A DNA stretch of 62,679 nucleotides, filler included, from a bacterium (GCA_027063545.1; 19 parts of 19 records of this genome joined end to end with filler, not necessarily neighbours in it); one strand, 5' to 3'; positions 32,603 through 43,452 are shown, numbered from the whole stretch's first letter. Notes: generated by a model from the sequence alone, not told the origin. Program-made: numbers and translations.

Positions 32603-33312
32603 CAGTAATTTTATCAGCAGGTAAAGGCACACGAATGAAATCTGATATTCCTAAAGTACTACATGAGATAAAAGATAAACCTATAGTTGAGTATGTAATT
32701 GATTCTTCTAGAAAAGCTGGAGCAAAGGATATATATGTTGTGGTTGGATATAAAAAAGAATTAGTTATTGATAGATTAAAAGAAAAAAATGTAATATTTG
32801 TTGAGCAGTATAAGCAGTTAGGTACAGGTCATGCATTAATGATGGTAGAACCTTATCTTAGAAGTTTTTATGGTACTATTGTAGTATTGGTAGGAGATGC
32901 TCCTTTAATTAGTTGTAAAACAATAAAAGAAATTGTAAGACTAAGAGAGGAAAATAAAGTTTCATGTGTAGTTGTAACATTTGAACTAGATGAACCTGGT
33001 AGTTATGGTAGGATAGTGAAAGATGAAGAGGGAAAAGTTTTAAAAATTGTAGAGGCAAAGGATGCTTCCAAAGAGGAACTAAAAATTAAAGAATTAAACT
33101 CTGGTATTTATGCTTTTGAGAGTCCTTATATCTTTGAAGCATTAAAAAGATTAAATAAGAATAATGCTCAAGGGGAATATTATTTAACAGATGTTATAGA
33201 AATTTTTATAAATAATAATAAAAAGGTTCTTTCTTATAAAGTTGAAAATCCTCAAGAAGTTTTAGGTGTTAATACACCTCAAGATTTAGAAGCAATAAAA
33301 TCTCTTATTTAA
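32587..33312 (+). CDS. GlmU-like nucleotidyltransferase, N-terminal domain only
   Basis: LSAGKGTRMKS..PKVLH, QLGTGHA, GDAPLI, YGRIV, NAQGEYYLTD; stops before any left-handed beta-helix domain. Confidence 0.85.
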   Translation: MESFVAVILSAGKGTRMKSDIPKVLHEIKDKPIVEYVIDSSRKAGAKDIYVVVGYKKELVIDRLKEKNVIFVEQYKQLGTGHALMMVEPYLRSFYGTIVVLVGDAPLISCKTIKEIVRLREENKVSCVVVTFELDEPGSYGRIVKDEEGKVLKIVEAKDASKEELKIKELNSGIYAFESPYIFEALKRLNKNNAQGEYYLTDVIEIFINNNKKVLSYKVENPQEVLGVNTPQDLEAIKSLI

Positions 33313-33329
33313 AAATAGAATCAAAAAGT

Positions 33330-33626
33330 ATGACAGAGCTAAAAACAATAGGGTTACTTTTAGTTTTTAATATTATTTTAGGAATTTTAATTTATAATCA
33401 GAAACAAAGTTTAAAAGAAAATAAATCAAGAAATTTTGAAAATACTATCATACCTTATAAGGGAAGAATACAAATTCAAAATGGTTCTTCTTATACCGGT
33501 ATAGCTGCAAAATTAGCAGAGTTTCTCAGAAAACGAGGCTATGTGGTTTATTCTCCAGAGAATGCTAGATTTTGGACGCATAAGTATACTGTAGTATTAG
33601 CTCTTGATGGAAATTTAGATTTTGCA
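33330..33626 (+). CDS. LytR C-terminal domain protein (3' truncated)
   Basis: N-terminal TM; IQIQNGS..TGIAAKLAEFLRKRGY.V...ENA. Confidence 0.7.
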
Positions 33627-33726
33627 NNNNNNNNNNNNNNNNNNNNNNNNNNNNNNNNNNNNNNNNNNNNTTAATTAATTAANNNNNNNNNNNNNNNNNN
33701 NNNNNNNNNNNNNNNNNNNNNNNNNN

Positions 33727-34956
33727 ATAACCAGTAGCCAACTCTGATTTGTTTCCTGTTGTTAAAAGAAGTTTTGAATACTTATTTGAATAATACATTA
33801 AAATCGTACCTCTAATCCTTGCCTGAAGATTTTCTTCGGCTAAGGTAATAGCTATTGAATCATCATAACCCAAAGTATCCAAAAAACTATTATAAACCTC
33901 TTTTATAGGCACAATTTTATACTTAATACCAAGATTATCAGATAACTTTATTGCATCATTAACAGAAGATTTAGAAGAATATTTACTAGGCATTAAAATA
34001 CCCCAAACCTCATCTTTACCCATAGATAGTGTGGCTATAGTTGCCACCAATGCAGAATCTATTCCTCCAGATAACCCTAAAACAACTCCATTCTTGAAGT
34101 TTAATTTATTTAAATAATCCCTTATTCCCAACTTTATAGCCTCTAAAACATCTTCTTCAAAAGAAATATCTCTCAACTCAATTTTTTTATCATTATCTAC
34201 ATCAACAACTCTAATATCCTCTTCAAAAGATCTTCCTAAAAATATTAAATCCGAATTTTTATTAAATACCATTGATCTTCCATCAAAAATAAGATCGTCA
34301 TTTGCTCCCACCTGATTAACCATAACCACAGATATTCCATATGAAGAGCAGATAGATTTTATCATATCATATCTCAATTTATATTTTAAAGCATAAAAAG
34401 GAGAGGCAGATATATCTATAAGTAAATCAATACCTTTCTGAGCTAAATCTCTAACAGGATTCTTTTTATATCTCCTCTTATCCCAAAAATTCTCATCATT
34501 CCAAATATCTTCACATATGGTAAGCCCAATCCTTTTTCCCTTAAACTCAACTATATCTGTTTCATTCTCTTCAATAAAATACCTTTGTTCCTCAAAAACA
34601 TCATACTCAGGAAGCAAAAATTTGTTATGTATTTTAAATACCTCTCCATTATATGCAAGAATTAATGAATTATATAAATAAAAAGGATTTTTAGAAGAAG
34701 ATATTGTTCCAAATATTAATCCTGTCTCAGAATTATTGGTAAGCTCAACTAACTTATTTGAATATTCATGAATCTTCTTTATAAAAAAATGATTAAACAG
34801 CAAATCCCGTGGAGGATAACCTATTAAAGACAATTCTGAAGTGATAACTAAATCAACACCTTTATCTTTGAATCTAAGAAAACAATCCTTAATCTTTTGA
34901 TAATTATATTTTAGATCACCTACTATAGGATTTAATTGACATATAGCAATCTTCAT
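33727..34956 (-). CDS. nadE: Glutamine-dependent NAD+ synthetase (3' truncated)
   Basis: Nitrilase domain (EL...GYPP, K..LP.Y.VF.E, ICEDIW) plus GLSGGIDS, ENLQARIRG, TGNKSE. Confidence 0.95.
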
Positions 34957-34962
34957 ATTTTA

Positions 34963-35142
34963 TTACCCTAATAGGTTCCCTCCAACACCCCAATCTTCTC
35001 TATCATGCTCCTCAATTAATATATAAATAGACTCATTTGATTTTCCAGTAATTTTAGATAAAGAATCTGTAAACTCTTTAACAATCTCTTGTTTTTGTTC
35101 CTTTGTTAGTTTACCTGCAACTTTTATATTAATAAAAGGCAT
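34963..35142 (-). CDS. 4-oxalocrotonate tautomerase family protein (59 aa; absent from ORF track)
   Basis: MPFINIKVAGKLTKEQKQEIV...IEE..REDWGVGG with N-terminal catalytic Pro; AGGAGG SD. Confidence 0.88.
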   Translation of the reverse strand: MPFINIKVAGKLTKEQKQEIVKEFTDSLSKITGKSNESIYILIEEHDREDWGVGGNLLG

Positions 35143-35200
35143 TTGACATCCTCCTATTTAGATATATTAAGAAATATAGAATAATATATTCTTTATAAAT

Positions 35201-35236
35201 AAAAAATCCCGATAGCAGACATGCTGCTATCGGGAT
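35201..35236 (-). terminator. Rho-independent terminator after tRNA-Phe
   Basis: 13-bp perfect stem ATCCCGATAGCAG/CTGCTATCGGGAT, 5-nt loop, U-tract on minus strand. Confidence 0.9.
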
Positions 35237-35237
35237 A

Positions 35238-35310
<73 letters not shown>

Positions 35311-35338
35311 ATTTCAAACATCTTAATTTACGATGAAA

Positions 35339-35367
35339 AAAATAATAAAAAAAATTCTATTTGTCAA
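35339..35367 (-). promoter_or_regulatory. tRNA promoter TTGACA-N17-TATTTT
   Basis: Consensus -35 with 17-nt spacing about 30 nt upstream of the tRNA. Confidence 0.6.
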
Positions 35368-35375
35368 TTATTTTT

Positions 35376-35924
35376 TTAAGCTCTCTTTGCTAATTCAATT
35401 AAAGGTCTTTTATTTTTACTTAACTTTTTGAATTCTTTTAATATTATTTCTCCCAGCTCTTTATTTATTGTAAAGAAAATAAATTTATCTTTGATTACTA
35501 CATTTTTTAAATCAAATCTATCTCTTATTTTTAAAATATTAACTATTAAAGATTTCAATTTTTTTATATTCATCCCATCTCTTCTACCTAATCCAACAAA
35601 CAATCTCAATTCACTTTTATTATTAACTACTTTGCTATTGATATTATTTATCTTCTTATGATAGTAAAAATATCTTCTCCTATCTTTTTCAGAAATAAAA
35701 TCAATAACTACACCCTGTCTAGAAGCTCTAGCTGTTCTTCCTGTTCTATGAATATATTCATCAAAATTTGTAGGTAAAGAATAATTTATTACATGAGATA
35801 AATTATTAACATCTATACCCCTTGCCATTACATTTGTTGCTATAAGTAAATTTACCTTTCTTTCTTTAAAAATTTTTAAAGAAAAATTTCTCTTTCTTTG
35901 AGAAAAATCTCCATGTATTGATAT
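35376..35924 (-). CDS. DEAD-box RNA helicase C-terminal part with DbpA-type RNA-binding domain (5' partial)
   Basis: IHGDFSQ.ER, ATNVMARGIDV, YIHRTGRTARA, RLFVGLGRRDG. Confidence 0.9.
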   Translation of the reverse strand: MSIHGDFSQRKRNFSLKIFKERKVNLLIATNVMARGIDVNNLSHVINYSLPTNFDEYIHRTGRTARASRQGVVIDFISEKDRRRYFYYHKKINNINSKVVNNKSELRLFVGLGRRDGMNIKKLKSLIVNILKIRDRFDLKNVVIKDKFIFFTINKELGEIILKEFKKLSKNKRPLIELAKRA

Positions 35925-36024
35925 NNNNNNNNNNNNNNNNNNNNNNNNNNNNNNNNNNNNNNNNNNNNTTAATTAATTAANNNNNNNNNNNNNNNNNNNN
36001 NNNNNNNNNNNNNNNNNNNNNNNN

Positions 36025-36287
36025 TCAATCCATTTTCTTGTTCCAGCACTTGATTTTTTACCTATTTCAGGGAATTTTTCAATTGTATAAACTAAATTAA
36101 CCTGATATACTCCAACGGCATCGCAGGTTCTAAATATTGCACTCACGTTATGAGGATCATGAATATTTTCAAGCACAACTGTTAGGTCATCTTGCCGATA
36201 ATTAACAACTTTTTTTATTTTTTCAACTCTTGATTTTGTCTTTTTTTCTAAAAGTTTTTTGATTTCTTCAACCTTTTCTATTGTCAT
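36025..36287 (-). CDS. trmH: SpoU-family RNA methyltransferase, TrmH-like (3' truncated)
   Basis: RQDDLTVVLENIHDPHNVSAIFRTCDAVGV, SAGTRKW. Confidence 0.85.
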
Positions 36288-36294
36288 ACTCTGA

Positions 36295-36338
36295 AAATTA
36301 TTTTATATAATAAATTAAATTATTTTATATAATAAATT
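36295..36338. repeat. Perfect 22-bp tandem duplication AAATTATTTTATATAATAAATT x2
   Basis: Direct inspection; divergent trmH/lemA intergenic region. Confidence 0.85.
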
Positions 36339-36388
36339 AAGTTTTACAAAAAATAAGTTTTTTAAAATAAAAATAAAAGGAGGAAAAA

Positions 36389-36937
36389 ATGATAGTATGG
36401 ATAGTATTAGGAATTGTTTTATTAATAGTTATATTATTTATTAGCTATTATAACAAATTTATGGTATTAAAAAATCAAATAGATGAAGCATGGAGTAGTA
36501 TAGATGTGCAATTAAAGCGAAGATATGATTTAATACCTAATCTAGTCGAGATAGTGAAAGGATATGCTTCTCATGAAAAAGAGACTTTAACAAAGGTAAT
36601 TGAGGCTAGAAGTAAAGCATTAGGGGCAAAAACGATAGATGAAAAAATAAAATTTGAGGGAGAATTAACAGGTCCTTTAAAATCGTTACTTATGTTAACA
36701 GAAAACTATCCTGATTTAAAGGCAAATGAAAACTTTATACAGTTGCAAAAGGAATTAGTGAATATAGAAGATCATATTCAAAATGCAAGAAGATATTATA
36801 ATGCAGTTGTTAGAGATTATAATACAATGCTAGAGACATTTCCTAGTGTTTTAGTTGCAAATATGTTAAAACTAGAAAAAAGACCATATTTTGAAATAGA
36901 AGAGCAAGAGAGAGAGAATGTTAAGATTAAATTTTAG
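36389..36937 (+). CDS. lemA: LemA family protein
   Basis: AWSSIDVQLKRRYDLIPNLV, ENYPDLKAN.NF, RRYYN. Confidence 0.93.
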   Translation: MIVWIVLGIVLLIVILFISYYNKFMVLKNQIDEAWSSIDVQLKRRYDLIPNLVEIVKGYASHEKETLTKVIEARSKALGAKTIDEKIKFEGELTGPLKSLLMLTENYPDLKANENFIQLQKELVNIEDHIQNARRYYNAVVRDYNTMLETFPSVLVANMLKLEKRPYFEIEEQERENVKIKF

Positions 36938-38648
36938 TTTAGTAGTTCTTTTTTTATTGATAATTAAAATAAGTTTATACGCAAATAGTTATATCATAGA
37001 AGAGTTAGATATATATATTACTATAAATAAAAATAACACTATTGATATTGAAGAAGAGCTAGAAATAAATTATAAAGCTTATAAACATGGGATATATAGA
37101 ATAATACCTTTTACCCGTTATCCTATTTCTGATATAGAGATTTATAGAGATGGTAAAAAAGAAAAATTTAAGATTTTTAAACAGAAGAATAGATATAAGA
37201 TAAGAATAGGATCTAAAAGTAAGCTTATTACTGGAATTCATAAATATACATTAAAATATAGAATAAACTTTCCAATAGATTTGTCTGTAAAAAGTGATAC
37301 TTCCCGTTTCTTATGGGAGGTTATAGGAAAATATAATACTTATATATATAAATGGTATATAAAAATAAAAACACCTAAATTTTATAAACTTCGTTTGACC
37401 TCACAAAATAATAAAGATTATACACAAAAATTATTAAAAGATTTAAGGGAAAAAGGAGATTATATTGAACTTTCCTCATTCTTTAATGATCCTTTATATA
37501 ATACGCCAATTATATTAGAAATATTATATCCTAGAGAGATATTTAAAGATAATTTACTACTTAAGCTTTATGTTCTATTTATAAACAGCTATATTATATA
37601 TGCAATATACTTTGGATTAATATTATTAATATTATGGTTTATTTTCGGGAAGGATGAAACACCTATAAAGGTTGTTAGATATTATCCCCCACCAATACCT
37701 CCAGCTGAGGCTGGAATATTGATAGATGATACACTAGATGGAAGAGATATAGCAAGTATTATATTTGATTGGGCAACAAAGGGATATATAAAAATAATAC
37801 AAAAAGATAAAGGTATTGGAAAGTATTCTGAGGATGTTTGGATAGAAAAGATAAAAGATTTACCAGAAGAGGCAAGAATATATGAGAGAAGTCTATTTCA
37901 AGCTCTTTTTAGATATTTAGGCAAAGATATAAAACGAAAAATTGTTTCTTTAAAAGATTTGTCTAAAGATGAATATTTTTTATCAATGTTATCAGCAACA
38001 AGGGATATTTTATTAGATTATACATCTGAAAATTATTATAGGGGATTTACTCTAAAGATTTCCGATTACTTAAATAGAAATATAAAGCCATTAATGATAT
38101 TTATATTATTTGAATTATCATTAACAGGTTATTATCTTTATAAAAGTTTTATCAAATTGGGATATATTGATTATGATAAACTACAAATATTTAATATCTT
38201 TTTAGCAATAACATTAGCTACAATATTTTTATTATTTTTTGGGAAATATATAGGAAAAAAATCTTCTAAAGGTTTGAAATATTATGGGGAACTTTTAGGA
38301 TATAAAGATTTTTTAGAAAGGGTAGAAAAGCCTGTTTTGGAAAGACTAATCAAAGAAGATCCTAATTATTTAAATAAGAATATAGCCTATTTAGTTGCTC
38401 TGAATGTTTTTGATAAGTGGGCTGATAAGTATGGAGATATATTAAAATTTTTCAATTTTACTTGGTATGAACTAAGGGACTCATCGGATACTATTAGAGG
38501 ATTTGGAAATATTTCAGATTTAATGATAATTTTACCTTCATTTTATATAGGCTCTATCTCTTTTTCTTCTGATAGTTTTGATGATTTTTCTGATTTTATA
38601 GATGGAGATACTTCATTTGGTACAGATGGAGGAGGAGATGTTTGGTAG
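36918..38648 (+). CDS. DUF2207 membrane protein
   Basis: Follows lemA; HGIYRIIP, PPAEAG, GYKDFL, Gly-rich C-terminus ending in W. Confidence 0.8.
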   Translation: MLRLNFSLVVLFLLIIKISLYANSYIIEELDIYITINKNNTIDIEEELEINYKAYKHGIYRIIPFTRYPISDIEIYRDGKKEKFKIFKQKNRYKIRIGSKSKLITGIHKYTLKYRINFPIDLSVKSDTSRFLWEVIGKYNTYIYKWYIKIKTPKFYKLRLTSQNNKDYTQKLLKDLREKGDYIELSSFFNDPLYNTPIILEILYPREIFKDNLLLKLYVLFINSYIIYAIYFGLILLILWFIFGKDETPIKVVRYYPPPIPPAEAGILIDDTLDGRDIASIIFDWATKGYIKIIQKDKGIGKYSEDVWIEKIKDLPEEARIYERSLFQALFRYLGKDIKRKIVSLKDLSKDEYFLSMLSATRDILLDYTSENYYRGFTLKISDYLNRNIKPLMIFILFELSLTGYYLYKSFIKLGYIDYDKLQIFNIFLAITLATIFLLFFGKYIGKKSSKGLKYYGELLGYKDFLERVEKPVLERLIKEDPNYLNKNIAYLVALNVFDKWADKYGDILKFFNFTWYELRDSSDTIRGFGNISDLMIILPSFYIGSISFSSDSFDDFSDFIDGDTSFGTDGGGDVW

Positions 38649-39342
38649 AATTTTCTTAGTTTTAATATTTCTATCTTTTGTTTTAAAATTATCATATTCC
38701 AATGAAATTAATAAAAATTTATTGTTTTATAGTGCTTATATATTAGGTTCGGGAAGTTTTGTCATAGATAAGAATGTAAATTTATATATAGAAGAACATA
38801 CTAATGAATATATTTTAAAATCTTCAGAATATATGGATATAATTTTTCATCCTTTTTCTTTAGCTTCTTTTGATATTATGCTAATTTTATATTCTAAATA
38901 TAAAAAAGATTCTACATTATATAAAACATCCTTTAAAAGTTTAAAATCTCTGGGGTTTAACTTAGTTATAGTCAGTTTATTAAAGTTTTCTATTGGTAGG
39001 GAAAGACCATATCAAACAGATGATCCATTTAAATTTGATATGTTTAGATTTGAAGATACTTCTTTTCCCTCAGGACATACATCTTCTATTTTTTCATGGA
39101 GTTATCCTTATATAAGAGCATATAATAAAGATATTTTTTTTATAACAATTTCAACAATGGTAGCAATAAGTAGAGTAGTAGGAGAGTATCATTGGGTAAG
39201 TGATGTTATATATGGAGCAATAATAGGTCTTCATATTGCTGATAGATTATATGAAAAAGAAGATAAAAATAACTATACTATATTTTTAAATCCTTATTTA
39301 GATAAGAATATGATTTCATTTAAATTAGATATAGTTTATTAA
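38638..39342 (+). CDS. PAP2-family phosphatase
   Basis: K..IGRERP, SFPSGH, SRV...HWVSDV; start ATG 38638 behind GGAGG. Confidence 0.85.
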   Translation: MFGRIFLVLIFLSFVLKLSYSNEINKNLLFYSAYILGSGSFVIDKNVNLYIEEHTNEYILKSSEYMDIIFHPFSLASFDIMLILYSKYKKDSTLYKTSFKSLKSLGFNLVIVSLLKFSIGRERPYQTDDPFKFDMFRFEDTSFPSGHTSSIFSWSYPYIRAYNKDIFFITISTMVAISRVVGEYHWVSDVIYGAIIGLHIADRLYEKEDKNNYTIFLNPYLDKNMISFKLDIVY

Positions 39343-39402
39343 ATTAAAATTTTAAAAGTTAATATTTTTTTTAAATACAATCATGAGGATAAATTAATAG
39401 AA

Positions 39403-40752
39403 TTAAAAATTACTATAAACTTCAATAAGTGTTTTTCTAGTTGCTTCAAAAAGTTTATCTATCTCAGCGTATGTTATATGTAAGTAAGGAATAAAATAAA
39501 CAACATTCCATAATGGTCTAAGCATAACACCATATTTAAAACCTGTTTTATATACCTCTCTATATACTATCCAATTTTCCTCTGGAGTTAAATCCCTTTT
39601 TCCGTCTTTGTAAATTAGTTCTAAGGCTCCAATTAATCCAATTTGCCTTATATCACCAACAAATTTTAAATCACTAAAATATTCAAAGATTTTTTTCCTA
39701 AAATATTTGCTTTTTTCTTTTACTTTATCAATAAGATTTTCCTCTTCAAATATATTTAAACTTTCAATACCACTTCTGGCAACAATCGGATTTGCTGTAT
39801 ATGTATGGCCGTGATATAAATAAGGATATTTTCCATTTTCAAATGTTTGATAAATGAAATCTTTTACACAAGTCATACCAATTGTTAGAGGTCCGCCTCC
39901 TAATCCTTTTGCTAAAGCAATAATATCAGGAGAAAAACTTAGATGTTTAAAAGCAAACATTTCTCCTGTTCTTCCAAAACCAGTTGCAACCTCATCAAAA
40001 ATAATAAGAATATCCTTATCTATATCTTTGACAATATTATATAATTGTTCTAAATACTCTTTAGGATATACAATAAATCCGCTTGCACCCTGAAATAGAG
40101 GTTCAATAAATATTCCAGCAATTTTTCCTTTATTTTCTTTTAAAACTTTAATTAAATTATCCAAACATTCAAAATTACAATTTCCCTTCTTTTTCCCAAC
40201 AGGACATCTATAGCAATAAGGAGCAGGGATATGAATAGTTTTGAATATAAAAGGTTTAAATATCTTATGATACTCATCAATATTACCTAAAGCAATACTT
40301 CCAATTGTATCCCCATGATATGCCCCAGAAAGCGAGATAAATAGATTTCTTTCCTCTTCTTTATTTAAGAAATACTGATATGCAATTTTTAAAGCAACTT
40401 CTACAGCTGTTGACCCATCATCAGAATAGAATGCCTTTGTAAAGCCATTCCCAAGAATTTCTAAAATCCTTTTTGCAAGTTCTACAGCCCATTTGTGTGT
40501 ATTTCCAGCAAAATGTATATGATCTAAAATATCAAGTTGTTCTTTTATAGCTTTTACAATTCTTGGATGTCTATGTCCATGAATGGAAGACCACCATGAT
40601 CCTATAGCATCCATGTATTTGTTTCCATCTTCGTCATAAACATAAAAACCTTCACCTCTTACAATATTTTTAAGAGGTAGTTGATCCTGCTTTTTTAAAT
40701 TAGTAAAAGGATGCCATATGTATCTTCTATCAAGTTCTATTATATTTTCCAT
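39403..40752 (-). CDS. bioA: Adenosylmethionine-8-amino-7-oxononanoate aminotransferase
   Basis: IWHPFT, SWW..HGH, SDDGSTAVEVALK, YHGDT, DEVATGFGRTG, HGHTYTANP. Confidence 0.95.
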   Translation of the reverse strand: MENIIELDRRYIWHPFTNLKKQDQLPLKNIVRGEGFYVYDEDGNKYMDAIGSWWSSIHGHRHPRIVKAIKEQLDILDHIHFAGNTHKWAVELAKRILEILGNGFTKAFYSDDGSTAVEVALKIAYQYFLNKEEERNLFISLSGAYHGDTIGSIALGNIDEYHKIFKPFIFKTIHIPAPYCYRCPVGKKKGNCNFECLDNLIKVLKENKGKIAGIFIEPLFQGASGFIVYPKEYLEQLYNIVKDIDKDILIIFDEVATGFGRTGEMFAFKHLSFSPDIIALAKGLGGGPLTIGMTCVKDFIYQTFENGKYPYLYHGHTYTANPIVARSGIESLNIFEEENLIDKVKEKSKYFRKKIFEYFSDLKFVGDIRQIGLIGALELIYKDGKRDLTPEENWIVYREVYKTGFKYGVMLRPLWNVVYFIPYLHITYAEIDKLFEATRKTLIEVYSNF

Positions 40753-41438
40753 TCTATATCTCCTACTTTTTTAATTTCTTCTTTAGAATAATATCTATTT
40801 ACAAGAACATTTTTAAAAAAATTTTTGAATAGATTTATATTATCCTGTATTACCAGTGAATTTTTTAAATTTTCATAAAAATTTATAACAATAATAATTT
40901 TATCTTCATTAAAAAATTTTAATAAGAAATCCATAGAGAATAGTGTATGATTAATTGTTCCAAGTGATGGACGTGTAACAAGATATATTAAATCAGGATT
41001 TGTATCTACTATAATGTTATACATATACTTTATTTCTTTAAACTCTATTCTATTGTATGGATAGTTAAAATAAAATTTGGGGATTTCTATAGGAACAAAT
41101 AAACCTCCAGCTGTTTCAAGAAGATAGTAATCATAGTTAGTAGTTTTAAAAATAGTATCAATATTTTTTAATAGAGCAGAATATATAATAGTTTTATTCT
41201 CAAGTTTTGCAGCTAAGTGAGGACTAGAAGGATATCGAAATTTTAATATAGTTTCTGTTTCTGTATGTGGAGAAATATTTTTTATAGTTTTTGCATCATC
41301 ATCTTCTGGATAACCAGTTTGTATAGGTTTTATATATAAATTAGAATAGTTTTTACTGCTTATGTATTTAGCTAATAACCCACTAATAATTGTTTTACCA
41401 ATCCCTGTATCAGTTCCTGTTATAAATATTTTTTTCAT
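40740..41438 (-). CDS. bioD: Dethiobiotin synthase
   Basis: FITGTDTGIGKT, KPIQTG, SPHLAA, ETAGG, LGTINHT. Confidence 0.93.
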   Translation of the reverse strand: MKKIFITGTDTGIGKTIISGLLAKYISSKNYSNLYIKPIQTGYPEDDDAKTIKNISPHTETETILKFRYPSSPHLAAKLENKTIIYSALLKNIDTIFKTTNYDYYLLETAGGLFVPIEIPKFYFNYPYNRIEFKEIKYMYNIIVDTNPDLIYLVTRPSLGTINHTLFSMDFLLKFFNEDKIIIVINFYENLKNSLVIQDNINLFKNFFKNVLVNRYYSKEEIKKVGDIEWKI

Positions 41439-41576
41439 TTCGTTCCCTTTTTCAATTTTTTGTAAAGTTTTATCAAAAAAAAGTTGTTCTTTATTTTATT
41501 GAAAAAATAATTTTTTTATATTTTAATTGTTAAATTAAGATATAATTATAGTATATAAAAAGGGGAAAAATAGAAT

Positions 41577-41843
41577 ATGAGTGAAAAGAAATTTTTTATG
41601 ATAATATTGGTAAAAGAGAGAGAAAATGTAGCAGTTAAAATTCAAGAGTTGTTAACGAAATATGGTTGTATAATAAAAACTCGTTTAGGAATTCATGATG
41701 TAGTAAAAGATAAATGTTCAAATGTAGGAAGTATTATTTTAGAGTTATTTTCTGAAAAGCTCGAAAATCTGTATAAATTAGAGGCAGAATTAAATAGTGT
41801 AAAGGGTGTTAAGGCTAAGTTGATAGATATGGAGATAGATTAA
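41577..41843 (+). CDS. TM1266-like small protein (putative iron-only hydrogenase system regulator, ACT-like)
   Basis: R..VA.KIQELLT.YGCIIKTRLGIH.....CS..G.I.LE. Confidence 0.7.
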   Translation: MSEKKFFMIILVKERENVAVKIQELLTKYGCIIKTRLGIHDVVKDKCSNVGSIILELFSEKLENLYKLEAELNSVKGVKAKLIDMEID

Positions 41844-42050
41844 TGAATAATGATATATTTTTTAGATTATTTTTGTATTTAGGTATAATCTTTATATTAA
41901 TAGCTTTTTTAATAAAATTTAATGTTTTTTCTTTTTTTGGTAAGTTACCATTAGATTTTAAATATGAGTCTGATAACGTAAAAATTTATTTCCCTTTTGG
42001 TAGTTCTATTGTTATTAGTATTATTTTAACAATAATCTTTTATTTTATAT
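41843..42050 (+). CDS. DUF2905 family membrane protein (3' truncated)
   Basis: FGKLPLDF.YE..NVKIYFP.GSSI.ISIILT. Confidence 0.8.
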
Positions 42051-42169
42051 NNNNNNNNNNNNNNNNNNNNNNNNNNNNNNNNNNNNNNNNNNNNTTAATT
42101 AATTAANNNNNNNNNNNNNNNNNNNNNNNNNNNNNNNNNNNNNNNNNNNNAAGTAAGAAAGGAGAAGAT

Positions 42170-43444
42170 ATGTTAGATTTAAAATTTATAAGAGAAAATT
42201 TTGATTATGTAAAGAGTAAAGTAGAAACAAAAAAAATAAAAGTAGATTTAGAAAAATTTAAAGAGTTAGATGAGAAAAGAAGAAAATTACAAACAGAAGT
42301 GGACTCTTTAAAAGCTGAAAGAAATAGATTATCTAAAGAAATAGGAAAGTTAAAATCAAAGGGAGAAGATATAAGTGAAATTACAAAAAGTGTAAAGGAG
42401 ATATCAGCCCAAATTAAAGAGAAAGAAGAGAAATTAAAAGAAATAGAAAAGGAATTTTATTATTTATATAGTTTTATACCCAATCTTCCCCATAATAGTG
42501 TTCCAATAGGGGTATCTGAAGAGGATAATGTTGTTGTTAAGGATGTAAATATTAAGGTAGAGAAGAAATATAAGGTTTTAGATCATATTCAAATAGCAGA
42601 AAAATTAAATTTAATAGATTTTAAAAGAGGAGCAAAGATTACAGGAAGAGGATTTGTTGTTTATCGTGGTTTTGGAGCAAGGCTTGAAAGGGCTTTAATA
42701 AACTTTATGTTGGATCTTCATACAAAAGAGCATGGATATGAAGAGATTTATCCTCCATTTTTTGTAAATAGGGATTCTGCTTTTGGAACAGGACAACTTC
42801 CTAAATCTGAGGATCAAATGTATTATATAGAAAAAGATGATCTTTTTGCTATTCCTACAGCAGAAGTACCAGTTACTAATTTATATAGAAATGAGGTGTT
42901 AAGCGAAGATGAGCTTCCTAAAAAATTTGTGGCTTTTTCTCCTTGTTTTAGAAGAGAGGCTGGTAGTTGGGGAAAGGATACAAGAGGACTTTTAAGACTT
43001 CATCAATTTAATAAAGTGGAATTGGTAAAATATACTCTTCCAGAGAATTCTTATGAAGAGTTAGAACTATTAAGAGAGAATGCTGAAAAGGTTTTAAAGC
43101 TATTAGAACTTCCTTATAGAGTTGTTGAGTTATGTACAGCAGATTTATCGTTTGCTGCTGCCAAGTGTTATGATTTAGAGTTATGGGCTCCGGGAACAGG
43201 AAAGTTTTTAGAGGTTTCAAGTATATCTAATTTTGAAGATTTTCAGGCAAGAAGAATTAATATTAAATACAAAAGAAAAAATGGAGAAAAGGGATTTGTT
43301 CATACATTAAATGGTTCTGGGGTTGCAACAGCAAGACTTATGGTTGCTATTTTAGAGAATTATCAAAATGCAGATGGTAGTTTAACAATACCAGATGTAT
43401 TAAGAGATTATGTAGGTGGAATCTCAGTATATAAAGGAGAATAA
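42170..43444 (+). CDS. serS: Serine--tRNA ligase
   Basis: MLDLKFIREN, IPTAEVP, CFRREAG, LRLHQFNKVE, EVSSISN, HTLNGSG. Confidence 0.97.
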   Translation: MLDLKFIRENFDYVKSKVETKKIKVDLEKFKELDEKRRKLQTEVDSLKAERNRLSKEIGKLKSKGEDISEITKSVKEISAQIKEKEEKLKEIEKEFYYLYSFIPNLPHNSVPIGVSEEDNVVVKDVNIKVEKKYKVLDHIQIAEKLNLIDFKRGAKITGRGFVVYRGFGARLERALINFMLDLHTKEHGYEEIYPPFFVNRDSAFGTGQLPKSEDQMYYIEKDDLFAIPTAEVPVTNLYRNEVLSEDELPKKFVAFSPCFRREAGSWGKDTRGLLRLHQFNKVELVKYTLPENSYEELELLRENAEKVLKLLELPYRVVELCTADLSFAAAKCYDLELWAPGTGKFLEVSSISNFEDFQARRINIKYKRKNGEKGFVHTLNGSGVATARLMVAILENYQNADGSLTIPDVLRDYVGGISVYKGE

Positions 43445-43452
43445 ATATATAA

